From positions 5,753 to 69,752 of the IMG/VR virus record IMGVR_UViG_3300031963_000024: DNA of 64,000 nucleotides. One strand, 5' to 3'. The DNA is from a virus. Lineage: Duplodnaviria; Heunggongvirae; Uroviricota; Caudoviricetes. The notes beneath the pieces are model-generated. The model was not told the DNA's origin. It searched no databases and saw only the letters and a program-made list of their open reading frames with translations. The position numbers and the translations under genes were made by a program. The number at the start of each line of letters is the position of its first letter. The first letter of the stretch is position 1. This document shows, piece by piece, positions 40,833-50,188 of this stretch.

Positions 40833-41562
40833 AAAAGTCTACCCCAAAATTGACAGTGATGTCAATTATTTCTCCTGACGGGGTTCTGACTTGTTTGGTT
40901 AAATCCAATCTTGGCTCAACCTCTTTTAAAAATTTTCTAATAAATTTAGAATCGGCAATTGGCATTTGTTGAACATACTTTACAATAGATTCTCTATCCG
41001 AACTACCATTTATTGAAATAATCTGAGCTTCCAACTTTCTTGTAATAATTGGTGCTATCATACTTTTTGGGTAGATTTCCATTTCCTTGTCAATCATGTT
41101 CTCTTCACCATATGTTAAAAGTTTTAGTTTAACAATATCTTTTGAAGTGGGTAATGTTGTTTCAAACAGACCTTCTTGGTCAGGTGTTAGGTCAACTTTT
41201 TTTATATTTAATTCGCTCAAATCAACCTCAGCATCAAATCTTTGATTTGTTTTTGGGTCATATGATGACAATATATATTTTGTTCCAAATGCGGTATTTC
41301 TTAAAAAAAGTAAAATAGCTTCAATATCACCACCTAACATTTCATCAATCCTAAAATCAGGTTCGTAAATTTTTGATTTCAATAATTGATTAATCACATT
41401 ATCACTATTTGAACTCATTAGCAGATTTTCATCTTGGGCCGTCAAATATCCAACCTTAACCGATTTCTTTTTATTTTTATAAAATAAACCTTGTGAAGGT
41501 AGTGGTACCACATCGTGTGGTAAGTTAAAATTCATTTGTCCGTATTGTATTTCGTTTTCCAT
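40810..41562 (-). CDS. Baseplate hub/tail assembly chaperone, T4 gp26-like
   Basis: LPSQGLFY, YLTAQDENLL, GDIEAILLFLRNTAFG. Likely start ATG 41562 (the track's 41574 lies inside the terminator). Confidence 0.8.
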   Translation of the reverse strand: MENEIQYGQMNFNLPHDVVPLPSQGLFYKNKKKSVKVGYLTAQDENLLMSSNSDNVINQLLKSKIYEPDFRIDEMLGGDIEAILLFLRNTAFGTKYILSSYDPKTNQRFDAEVDLSELNIKKVDLTPDQEGLFETTLPTSKDIVKLKLLTYGEENMIDKEMEIYPKSMIAPIITRKLEAQIISINGSSDRESIVKYVQQMPIADSKFIRKFLKEVEPRLDLTKQVRTPSGEIIDITVNFGVDFFRPFFGV

Positions 41563-41591
41563 AAAAAAAGCCAAGGATTACCCCTGGCTTT
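41563..41591 (-). terminator. Intrinsic terminator after the tail tube gene
   Basis: AAAGCCAGGG-GUAAU-CCUUGGCUUU then UUUU. Confidence 0.75.
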
Positions 41592-41627
41592 AAATATAAA
41601 CTGACTTTGTTTTTTGTAAATGAAATA

Positions 41628-42116
41628 TTAATAAACTAAGATACATCTATCAGGACGAAGTGTTGCTGAGATGGTTTGTAAACCGTCATCAGTATAAGAC
41701 ACACCCTGAAAGTCCACGTCTGTTAGGAAACAACCTTGTAAAATCCATTTTTCAACCGCAACACCTGTCGGGTCTAACATTTCCAAAGTAATATCCTTTT
41801 TGTAACCCGCAGCATATCCCATACGACCTGTTACTGATTCAGCGTGTAAACGAACCCATTCCATAAGTGCTTGAGCAGCTGATGGTCCAATAGGGTCACG
41901 GAAAGTAACACCAATTGTTCCCCATTCAAACATACCAGCAACATAAGTTTTGGTATTTAAGAAAGGAATATCTTTTGATGCAATTGTTATTTTTGGTCTG
42001 GCAGCAGATTCTACATACCAAGAATTAATACCCAATGAAGTAGGAAACGTTAAAATAAATCGGTTTTTACGTTTTGGTTCATACGGGTCGGGCATTTTCA
42101 TTAATAAGTCAGCCAT
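41628..42116 (-). CDS. Tail tube protein, gp19-like
   Basis: EPKRKNRF, EWGTI.VTFRDP, AQALMEW, YKKDITLEMLDPTG..VEKWIL.G. Confidence 0.9.
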   Translation of the reverse strand: MADLLMKMPDPYEPKRKNRFILTFPTSLGINSWYVESAARPKITIASKDIPFLNTKTYVAGMFEWGTIGVTFRDPIGPSAAQALMEWVRLHAESVTGRMGYAAGYKKDITLEMLDPTGVAVEKWILQGCFLTDVDFQGVSYTDDGLQTISATLRPDRCILVY

Positions 42117-42229
42117 TTTATTATATTTTTGTTTTAGTTATTTTAGTTTATTTACCTATAAATACTTGATTATCCAAATTTTTTCTCTTATATTATCTAG
42201 GCGTTCTAGTTTATTATTTATTTAAATAT

Positions 42230-43084
42230 TTAATATCTAGTTTTAGTTTGAGCTTTTGTTAAATATGTAGTTACTGGATGCTCTAGACCAAATTCTTTAT
42301 TTAAGAATTCTTTAACTTTTTCCACATTTCTTTCATCGTCATCTGAGAAACCTATTGAAGGTACCACGAAATTATTGGACACATCATTTTTGAACAATAC
42401 TTTCCCCCCCACCTTGTTTGCAAGTTCCTTACAATAACTGATAAACTCTCTTAATGCGTTTATTTTTCCTTCTTCAGGATTGGCTTCAGAACCAGTTCCG
42501 AAAGATACAGGGTGAAAACGACACATGTCCAAATATTCTTTAATCATTGTATTGTCATCTTTAATATCCTCACCTGTAAAATCACGGTATTTCTTTAATG
42601 ATTCCACCAATTTTTCTTGGTCCAAACCACTCACATTATTTTTGATGAGTTTGTAAACCGCTTGTTTTAAAATCATCGGATTGTGTCCACGAGCTGTGAT
42701 GATGGAAAAAATTGACCCACCATTAATACACTCAACAAAATCATCCCATGATGGTCCCAAACTCGCCGACATTACATCAACCAAAAATTGTCTTTCACCC
42801 TCACCTCTAAAATTTCTAAAAGGATTTGATGCAAAACCAACAATAGTTTTTCCGTTGTACACAAATGGTTTTTTACCCAATTCGTTTCTATATTCAGCAA
42901 AATCATCAGTAGACATACCAATCTCATTATCTTTGTCATCTAATACCATAATTTTTGTTGGCATATTCATTACATTGTCATCCCAATCAAAAGCGTAATA
43001 TTTGTGGTCAGGTAATCCTGATGGGTCCATACCCTCAGTTACCATTTCTAACAATTGTCTTCTAATTGATTTTTTTAAATTCAT
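42230..43084 (-). CDS. HAD-superfamily phosphatase
   Basis: Motif I FDWDDN, motif II ITARG, motif III K (EEGK), motif IV GFSDDD. Confidence 0.75.
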   Translation of the reverse strand: MNLKKSIRRQLLEMVTEGMDPSGLPDHKYYAFDWDDNVMNMPTKIMVLDDKDNEIGMSTDDFAEYRNELGKKPFVYNGKTIVGFASNPFRNFRGEGERQFLVDVMSASLGPSWDDFVECINGGSIFSIITARGHNPMILKQAVYKLIKNNVSGLDQEKLVESLKKYRDFTGEDIKDDNTMIKEYLDMCRFHPVSFGTGSEANPEEGKINALREFISYCKELANKVGGKVLFKNDVSNNFVVPSIGFSDDDERNVEKVKEFLNKEFGLEHPVTTYLTKAQTKTRY

Positions 43085-43230
43085 TACTTTTTGTCTTTTG
43101 ATAATTTTGCAATGATACTTTCTAACTGTGATTCAGTTAAAACAATGTTTTGTGGTTTTTTAGAATAAGTTTTTTTACCATTAGTTGGTACTTCTAAACT
43201 TTCCATTAATACTTTTTTTGTAAATTCCAT
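43084..43230 (-). CDS. 48-aa hypothetical protein
   Basis: Not in the track. MEFTKKVLMESLEVPTNGKKTYSKKPQNIVLTESQLESIIAKLSKDKK*; TAATG-coupled to HAD; TATTTAT 10 nt upstream. Confidence 0.75.
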   Translation of the reverse strand: MEFTKKVLMESLEVPTNGKKTYSKKPQNIVLTESQLESIIAKLSKDKK

Positions 43231-43250
43231 AGTTTTATATATAAATAATA

Positions 43251-43276
43251 GGGAGGGGGTTTTTATTTCCCCTCCC
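43251..43276 (-). terminator. Intrinsic terminator after the tail sheath gene
   Basis: GGGAGGGG-AAAUAAAAAC-CCCCUCCC then UAUUAUUUAU. Confidence 0.75.
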
Positions 43277-43286
43277 GTGTTTATTT

Positions 43287-46200
43287 TTAAATATTTTCAA
43301 ACGAAGCTCCTGTTGGTGTAATCAAGAACTCAATGTCAATGAATTCAAGAGCTTTTGTTGGTTTAAGGTAAATTTTACCTGTCATTGTGTTTCTATCCAA
43401 GTCTTCAGGTGTGTTTGTTACAACAACTCTAAAGTCAATTAAACCTCTATCTCTTCTGATTGAATCCAAAATTGGATTAACAGAGTCTAAGAAATCTTGT
43501 CTAACTTTGTCATCGTTTTGTTCAAACAACAATCTGACAGCTACAGCTGAAATCAACTTACGAGCTTGTAACAACAATCTTCTTACGTTAATTCTATCAA
43601 GAGCAGATTCTGCGACTTGAGTAGTCTTGTTACCAAAAATTAATGTTCCAACATCAGAGAATGTTGCGATTGGGTTGATTCTACCTTGATATAATGTATC
43701 TCTATCGTCTTGTGTAAGTTTCTTACGAGCTTTAACTGAATTTACAATACCTCTTGTGTAACCTGCTGATGCGAACCAAGGGAACGAAATGTTATCAGTC
43801 AATGCTAAGTTTCTACAAACCTCAGCGGTTGGTGGAAGGTAAATTTGAGTATTATTGACAGTGTCTCTTGTTAATACCCAAGGGTAGTAAGTTGCTGTGT
43901 AGTTAGAATCAATTCCTGTTGTGTCTAAATTGTCGACAGCTTCAGTTGGATAAATTAAATCAGTTTCGTACGATGTTGTTGTATCAACAAACATATTGTA
44001 ATCAGGACAAGTCATTACATATAAAGAGTCTGCCCTTTGAGATTCAATCATATCAATTGCGTCTTCAACTAAGTTAGAGTTATTAACAAAATCGATACCC
44101 GGTGTTACAAACACGTTGATATTTGTAGCCTCAGGGTTAGCAAATGTTTGTTGACCTAGTAAGTATGCGTAGTAGTCGGTGTTAGCAAAATCAGTTGTAT
44201 TACCTTCTACAGATATTTGTTTGAACGCTCCCCAACCAGTTGCACTTGGGAACTGAGTTGTTGGTGATGCACCTTTTAAGTAACCTGAACCACCTAATAC
44301 AAAGTTATCACCGTTGGTTCTTGATTTTCTATAAATGTCCCAACCATCAAAACCTCCACGAGCAAACAACGTGAATTTTCTTGATTGGATTCTAAAATAT
44401 GGATTTGTAGGGTCACTTGAGTCAGTTGGTCCAAAAGAAGCGTTTCCAACTTCAAAAGCAGAAGTGCCCGAAGTACTATAACCATTTGATATAGTAACAA
44501 CAGTAGCACCTGAATCCATGTGGAATCCCTTAGATAAGAAATCCCAATAACTTGGTGAAGTTTCGATTGTTAAATTTGAAGGTGTGATAATACCTTTATA
44601 ATTAAAATATTCAGGGTCATAACCAATTGTGTTGGACAAACCTAAGAATACTCTATTAATTTTATCACCTGAACTTCTTTGAACAGATGATAAAGGTGGT
44701 TGGAATATAACCTCACCTGCAACATCATATTTAGTTTTATAAATTGGGAATGGTGTTGTTGAACCATAATAATTTCTCATTGAATATCCTTCGAACCCAC
44801 TCGGTAATGCGTCTGTCGGTGCTTCAGAACTAATTTCTAACATTACATATTTAGACCTTACTTGATATTCACCATCACTAGTTCCAATTTTTACACCAAC
44901 GAAACTGTTAGAAGCTGGGTTCATAGAACAATTTGTATATTTTTCTAAGAACACTGGATTTGCATCTGTATCATTATATGCTCTGATACCAACATCAAAA
45001 GTACCATTGTTAAACGAAACGTTTAATATTGATATTTTTACTTCTTGGTTAGCGTCGTTACCATCAGAAATTAAAATAAACTTGAATAATTTATAAACAG
45101 TATTACCTCTCAATTCTGAAACTAAATAAGGTGTTTCAGGAGTTTGATATTTTTCTAAGTAACAACCAATAGATTGTAAAGTACCGTTATCGTCTTGAGC
45201 GGATGGTAAAGCTGTGATGGTTTCGTTAATACCTCTAATGTAACCTTTCTTGTATGAATAATTAAGAAAATTCGTAAATTGTTCTTCAACAAATAAAGGA
45301 ACTTCATCTGAAGGTTTACCGAAGTTAGAAAAACCAAATACTTTAGAAATATAATTACTGTCTGTTGAATCCAAAGACACTTTAAATTCAAACGTACTAC
45401 CATCATTAGTAACACCCGAAATTCCGAACGGTGCGTAAGGACTCATTGTTACACCACTATAAACGCCATTACTATCCAATACAACACTAGTCGTACCCGT
45501 AACTTCATAAACAGGATTTGTTCCTGTTGTATATGTTGACAGACCTCTTGAACGTAAAGTCGCAACAACAACATCATTGTATTCTGTAAAGGCAGTACCA
45601 ATTTGTGTAAAAGCCGATAATTGAACCGAACCCGAAAACGAACCTGACGCACCTGTTAAGGTGTCAATTTTTGAACTAAACGAATATCCCGAATATCCAT
45701 TACCAGTTGTTGGGTTGAATTGAGCGTAGTACCAAGCGTCATTATCTCTACTTGGATAATCAGTATCAGCGTCTTTTAAACTCGGAACATCATAAACATT
45801 TGTTAATCCTGTCCATCCACCACCCGTAAGTGAGTCATAATAAGAGTCGGGTATTGTACCAAATACGTAAGCAGTTGTTGCACTTGTTGATGCCGCAGAT
45901 GCGTTAGAACCAATTACACCACTAACAAATGTCTTTAACTCAGAACTGATAGTTGATGTTGTACCATCCGATAATGTGAATTGACTATTTAAATCAGGAC
46001 TAAAAATAGTTGATGGGAATGGAGACTCAAACAAAATAGTTGATGTCCCACCAGTTGTTCCTGTAAAAGTTACGGAAACCGACGAAAGAACACTATCTTG
46101 TGAAACTGAACCACCACTCACGTTCGCAATAGTACTAATAGACCAAGATGGTCCCGCATCATAACCCGACAAACCAAGAATTCTTGATACGAATAATTGG

Positions 46201-46466
46201 TTAGATTGTGATAAGTATGATTTGGCGATATACGCCGCTTCGTATTTTGGTATTTGTGTATCTACAAATTTTTCAGGTGAAGTACCCCCAAAAATTGCTG
46301 AAAATTCATCGAAACTTGATACGAAGATTGGCTCAAAAGCCGGACCTCTCAAAGTTTCTCCTACAATACCTAACGTTGTAACACCTACACTCTGTGCTAC
46401 AAATGATAAGTCACGTTCTGAAGTGTATACTCCAGGTGAAACGAAAACTTTATTTGATGTTGCCAT
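43287..46466 (-). CDS. Tail sheath protein, gp18-like
   Basis: FVSPGVYTSERDLS N-terminus; PWFASAG..RG, ALDRINVRRLL, LEFIDIEF C-terminus. Confidence 0.95.
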   Translation of the reverse strand: MATSNKVFVSPGVYTSERDLSFVAQSVGVTTLGIVGETLRGPAFEPIFVSSFDEFSAIFGGTSPEKFVDTQIPKYEAAYIAKSYLSQSNQLFVSRILGLSGYDAGPSWSISTIANVSGGSVSQDSVLSSVSVTFTGTTGGTSTILFESPFPSTIFSPDLNSQFTLSDGTTSTISSELKTFVSGVIGSNASAASTSATTAYVFGTIPDSYYDSLTGGGWTGLTNVYDVPSLKDADTDYPSRDNDAWYYAQFNPTTGNGYSGYSFSSKIDTLTGASGSFSGSVQLSAFTQIGTAFTEYNDVVVATLRSRGLSTYTTGTNPVYEVTGTTSVVLDSNGVYSGVTMSPYAPFGISGVTNDGSTFEFKVSLDSTDSNYISKVFGFSNFGKPSDEVPLFVEEQFTNFLNYSYKKGYIRGINETITALPSAQDDNGTLQSIGCYLEKYQTPETPYLVSELRGNTVYKLFKFILISDGNDANQEVKISILNVSFNNGTFDVGIRAYNDTDANPVFLEKYTNCSMNPASNSFVGVKIGTSDGEYQVRSKYVMLEISSEAPTDALPSGFEGYSMRNYYGSTTPFPIYKTKYDVAGEVIFQPPLSSVQRSSGDKINRVFLGLSNTIGYDPEYFNYKGIITPSNLTIETSPSYWDFLSKGFHMDSGATVVTISNGYSTSGTSAFEVGNASFGPTDSSDPTNPYFRIQSRKFTLFARGGFDGWDIYRKSRTNGDNFVLGGSGYLKGASPTTQFPSATGWGAFKQISVEGNTTDFANTDYYAYLLGQQTFANPEATNINVFVTPGIDFVNNSNLVEDAIDMIESQRADSLYVMTCPDYNMFVDTTTSYETDLIYPTEAVDNLDTTGIDSNYTATYYPWVLTRDTVNNTQIYLPPTAEVCRNLALTDNISFPWFASAGYTRGIVNSVKARKKLTQDDRDTLYQGRINPIATFSDVGTLIFGNKTTQVAESALDRINVRRLLLQARKLISAVAVRLLFEQNDDKVRQDFLDSVNPILDSIRRDRGLIDFRVVVTNTPEDLDRNTMTGKIYLKPTKALEFIDIEFLITPTGASFENI

Positions 46467-46588
46467 TATTTGTTTTTTTTATAAGTTGTTTTATTTACTA
46501 CATAAATATTATTGATTTTTGTAAAAATCTTAGTATAGGGATACTATTTATAAATCAGTATGAATAAATTCTTCCTTTTTTCTGCCCA

Positions 46589-46759
46589 ATGAAAAAAACA
46601 CCCAAAAAAATAAAGAATATCAAGATATCTGAAGAATCACACACAATTCTCAAAAAGTATTGTGAAGAAAATGGACTTAAGATTTATGGATTTTTAGAAA
46701 ATATTATCAAAGAAAAATGTCGTATTAAGACCGACATTTACGGTGACCCGTTAGACTAA
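46589..46759 (+). CDS. Small ribbon-helix-helix-like DNA-binding protein (56 aa)
   Basis: Not in the track. MKKTPKKIKNIKISEESHTILKKYCEENGLKIYGFLENIIKEKC...; beta-strand/helix/G/helix pattern. Confidence 0.65.
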   Translation: MKKTPKKIKNIKISEESHTILKKYCEENGLKIYGFLENIIKEKCRIKTDIYGDPLD

Positions 46760-47815
46760 TTTAATATCAAACAAAATATTTGAATCATTATTTGTTTGAC
46801 CAGTCTTTTTTTCAATTTGAATCACCAAACCAATTTGTGAACTCATTGGAAAATAAGACAAATCCTGTCCAATATACTCTTGAACACCATGAGTCAATGT
46901 ATATGCACTATAATGTTCAACATTTTCAGAACTTACAAAATTAAAGTCATAATTTGTTGGTAATGAACTTTGTGTTAAAGTGGTATTTGAACCAATAAAT
47001 TGATAATTTGTTGGTATATTGTTTGGATTGGGAGTCGAAGCTATTGCTTTTCTTGATTTGGTTTTAGTACTAACGTCAACCATAGTTAATACTCTTGACA
47101 CCGCAGGTGCCACTTCAAACTGTTCTTCATCCAATAAAACACCTAACATTTTGAATGTATAATTCTGAATGAAGTATCTTCTTTTTTGTAATTCAACCAC
47201 CGATTCATCTGAAATACTATCCATAATAATCGGAATGTATCTTCCCTTAATTAAAGCATATGATTGTCTTGATGAAAATTTATCTAAAACCTTTTGATTA
47301 AACGCATTCAACTCTCGCATTCTATTTGTAAAGATTTTTATTTCGTATGTAATATCAACAGGAATTGGTTGTGGTATTTTATAAACATCCATACCATTTC
47401 TTGCTCCGTCAAAATTGGGAACCAAAGCGTATTGAAATAATGGTCTACCAGGTATTCTATAATTTGTTGCTCCCTGATTTGTTCCATAGGGTGTTTCAGG
47501 TTTTCTAACTGTTGCAACAAAAGGTGGTTTAATGTTCGAATCTAAATCTTGAAAATTCCAAGTTTGTGTAAACTGTGCCCAGTTCTGAGTGGTAATAATA
47601 ACATCAACTGTGTTAACAACTTTTCCGTTAACACTAATTCCTAAATCATTCTTTACAAAATCTAACATCCCCCTATCCAAATCGGCGTGATAAATTCCTT
47701 TTGGAAGATATGTTCCATCTTTTTGAATTTGTTCCAATAATTCTTCCCTTCTAGGTTGAAGAATTTTTTTTGGTGTTAAAGAAATTGTTTTAACAAGTTT
47801 TTTTGGTGTTGCCAT
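46751..47815 (-). CDS. Tail terminator/sheath stabiliser, gp15-like
   Basis: PQPIPVDITYEIKI...RELN pattern; position in the neck locus. Confidence 0.72.
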   Translation of the reverse strand: MATPKKLVKTISLTPKKILQPRREELLEQIQKDGTYLPKGIYHADLDRGMLDFVKNDLGISVNGKVVNTVDVIITTQNWAQFTQTWNFQDLDSNIKPPFVATVRKPETPYGTNQGATNYRIPGRPLFQYALVPNFDGARNGMDVYKIPQPIPVDITYEIKIFTNRMRELNAFNQKVLDKFSSRQSYALIKGRYIPIIMDSISDESVVELQKRRYFIQNYTFKMLGVLLDEEQFEVAPAVSRVLTMVDVSTKTKSRKAIASTPNPNNIPTNYQFIGSNTTLTQSSLPTNYDFNFVSSENVEHYSAYTLTHGVQEYIGQDLSYFPMSSQIGLVIQIEKKTGQTNNDSNILFDIKLV

Positions 47816-48327
47816 TATATTCCTTTAAATTCGTCTTCACTTACAGGTGTACAAACAAATGTTCTATAAAATGGTTTGTATCCACCATATGTGTGTTTAT
47901 TGTCCGAAACAATCCTTCCGTCATCTGCAACAGAATAATATCTCATCCTACTTTCAGTTTCAGGATATCCAATGTAATCACCATATGAAATTGTAATTGC
48001 TTCTTCTTCCAAATAGTGAAGATATACACTCATAATCAAATTACCTGGTTCAGTTTGACTTAATTTTGAATTACCAAAAGTCGCTTGACTTGGTGCTTCG
48101 ATTTTAACAAACGCTTTAATTTCAACAGGTGCCAAATAAGACACCGAATCTGTTAACGCCTCACCATATACATCATCTTGATTTGTTTTACTCTTGTCAA
48201 CACGATATAAAACCAATGTAAAGTTCATATCACCGTACAACCATTCCTCACCCATAGATATATTTAGGTTAAAATCCTGTTCACCAAAGAATTTGGATAT
48301 TCGTGTAATTGGTACTTTATTTGTCAT
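47815..48327 (-). CDS. Neck/head-closure protein, gp14-like
   Basis: LYRVD...DDVYGEA, ITISYGDYI. Likely start ATG 48327 (MTNKVP). Confidence 0.68.
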   Translation of the reverse strand: MTNKVPITRISKFFGEQDFNLNISMGEEWLYGDMNFTLVLYRVDKSKTNQDDVYGEALTDSVSYLAPVEIKAFVKIEAPSQATFGNSKLSQTEPGNLIMSVYLHYLEEEAITISYGDYIGYPETESRMRYYSVADDGRIVSDNKHTYGGYKPFYRTFVCTPVSEDEFKGI

Positions 48328-48380
48328 TATTGATAAATACAATAAAATTGATTATATTTCTTTATTAAAACTATTTTGAT

Positions 48381-50147
48381 TTGGAAAACCCCATAATTGA
48401 AAACTCAGGATTATTAGAACAAAAAGCCCTTAATACCCTACATGATTATCAGGGTGCAAATAACTATATCCTAAAATTAAAAGGTATTTTCAACCCAAAC
48501 AAACGTGGTATTCCAACAAGAAGTCAATGTGAATACATTTTAAACCACTCAAACACAACACCAAAAGTTGCAAAAAAATGGGTTGAATTGGATGATTATT
48601 TTTCTGAAAAAATATCAAACGAAAAATTATATACAGTTCCACCAAAACAAGTGTGGATTGAAAAGTTATTAGTTGAAAAAGATAAGTCTTATCATATTTG
48701 GGGTCGTTTTTTTGATAGTGAACCTTTAACAGATTTTTGGTTACCAAAGGCGGCAATCATTAAAAACCCTGAACAATACTATAAAGAAATTGATTATTCA
48801 AAGTATTCACATAGACCACTTCTTTCACACCAAGTTGAGGCGGTAGAAAAACTTGTAAAAACAAAAAGGTTTATTTTGGCTGATGATATGGGATTGGGTA
48901 AGACAACATCAACCATTGTGGCGGCGTTGGAAACTGAAGCCAAAAGAGTTTTAATTATTTGTCCTGCGTCATTAAAGATTAACTGGCAAAGAGAAATTGA
49001 AAATTACACAAAACGCTCAACATATATCTGCGGAAGTAAAAGATATGAGGATGCTGATTTTGTAATTGTTAATTACGACATTCTAAAAAACTTTCACGAC
49101 CCAAAAGATAGGGACAACTCTCGTGTTTTAAAAAGTAATTTTGATTTGGTTATTATTGATGAAGCACATTATATTCAAAATAAAACCGCACAAAGAACAA
49201 AATTAATCAACGACTTTGTGAAGGGGGTTGACAGATTGTGGTTGTTAACGGGTACACCAATGACATCACGACCAATGAATTATTTTAATTTGTTAGAACT
49301 TATTGAATCACCCGTTGCAGCAAATTGGATGGCATATGTTGTTAGATATTGTAATGGGTACCAATTCAAAGTTGGTAATAGAAAAGTTTGGAATGTTATG
49401 GGAGCTTCAAATTTAGAAGAGTTAAGAGACCGAACAACAAGACAAGTATTAAGAAGATTAAAAACAGATGTATTAGATTTACCTGATAAAATTATCACCC
49501 CCGTTTATTTGAGATTAAAATCAAAAGAATATGAAGAATTAATGGGTGAGTATTTTGATTGGTATGAAAAAAATACCGATGAGAGTTCATCATTAACCGT
49601 TCAATTTACCAAGTTAACAAAGGTACGTCAGGTAATTGCACAAGAAAAAATACGGTCAACCATTGAATTGGTTGAGAACATATTAGAACAAGATAAAAAA
49701 GTAATAGTTTTCACAAACTTTACCGATTCCCTAAATAAAATTTATGACCATTTCGGTAAACAAGCCGTTTACTTGGATGGTTCATGTTCACCAGCAAAAA
49801 GACAAAACGCTGTTGACGAATTTCAAAACAATGAAAAAATAAAAGTGTTTGTTGGTAACTTAAAAGCGGCGGGTGTTGGTATTACACTTACTGCCGCTGA
49901 GGCGGTTATTATGAATGATTTATCATTTGTTCCATCCGACCACGCACAAGCTGAAGACCGAAGTTATAGATACGGACAAAAATCAAACGTATCGGTATAT
50001 TATCCAATATTTGAAAATACTATTGAGGGTACAATTTATGATATTCTCAATAAAAAGAAAAATATTTTTGAAACCGTAATGGGTGATAACGTGGGCAGGG
50101 CAGAGATTGTACAAGAAATTATGAATCAAATTTTTGGTAAGAGGTAA
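48381..50147 (+). CDS. SNF2-family (HARP/SMARCAL1-like) helicase
   Basis: ADDMGLGKT, DEAH, LTGTP, AAGVGITLT, QAEDR.YRYGQ; TTG start. Confidence 0.92.
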   Translation: MENPIIENSGLLEQKALNTLHDYQGANNYILKLKGIFNPNKRGIPTRSQCEYILNHSNTTPKVAKKWVELDDYFSEKISNEKLYTVPPKQVWIEKLLVEKDKSYHIWGRFFDSEPLTDFWLPKAAIIKNPEQYYKEIDYSKYSHRPLLSHQVEAVEKLVKTKRFILADDMGLGKTTSTIVAALETEAKRVLIICPASLKINWQREIENYTKRSTYICGSKRYEDADFVIVNYDILKNFHDPKDRDNSRVLKSNFDLVIIDEAHYIQNKTAQRTKLINDFVKGVDRLWLLTGTPMTSRPMNYFNLLELIESPVAANWMAYVVRYCNGYQFKVGNRKVWNVMGASNLEELRDRTTRQVLRRLKTDVLDLPDKIITPVYLRLKSKEYEELMGEYFDWYEKNTDESSSLTVQFTKLTKVRQVIAQEKIRSTIELVENILEQDKKVIVFTNFTDSLNKIYDHFGKQAVYLDGSCSPAKRQNAVDEFQNNEKIKVFVGNLKAAGVGITLTAAEAVIMNDLSFVPSDHAQAEDRSYRYGQKSNVSVYYPIFENTIEGTIYDILNKKKNIFETVMGDNVGRAEIVQEIMNQIFGKR

Positions 50148-50188
50148 GTTTTTTGAAAATCTATTTATTTATAAGATAATGATAGATT

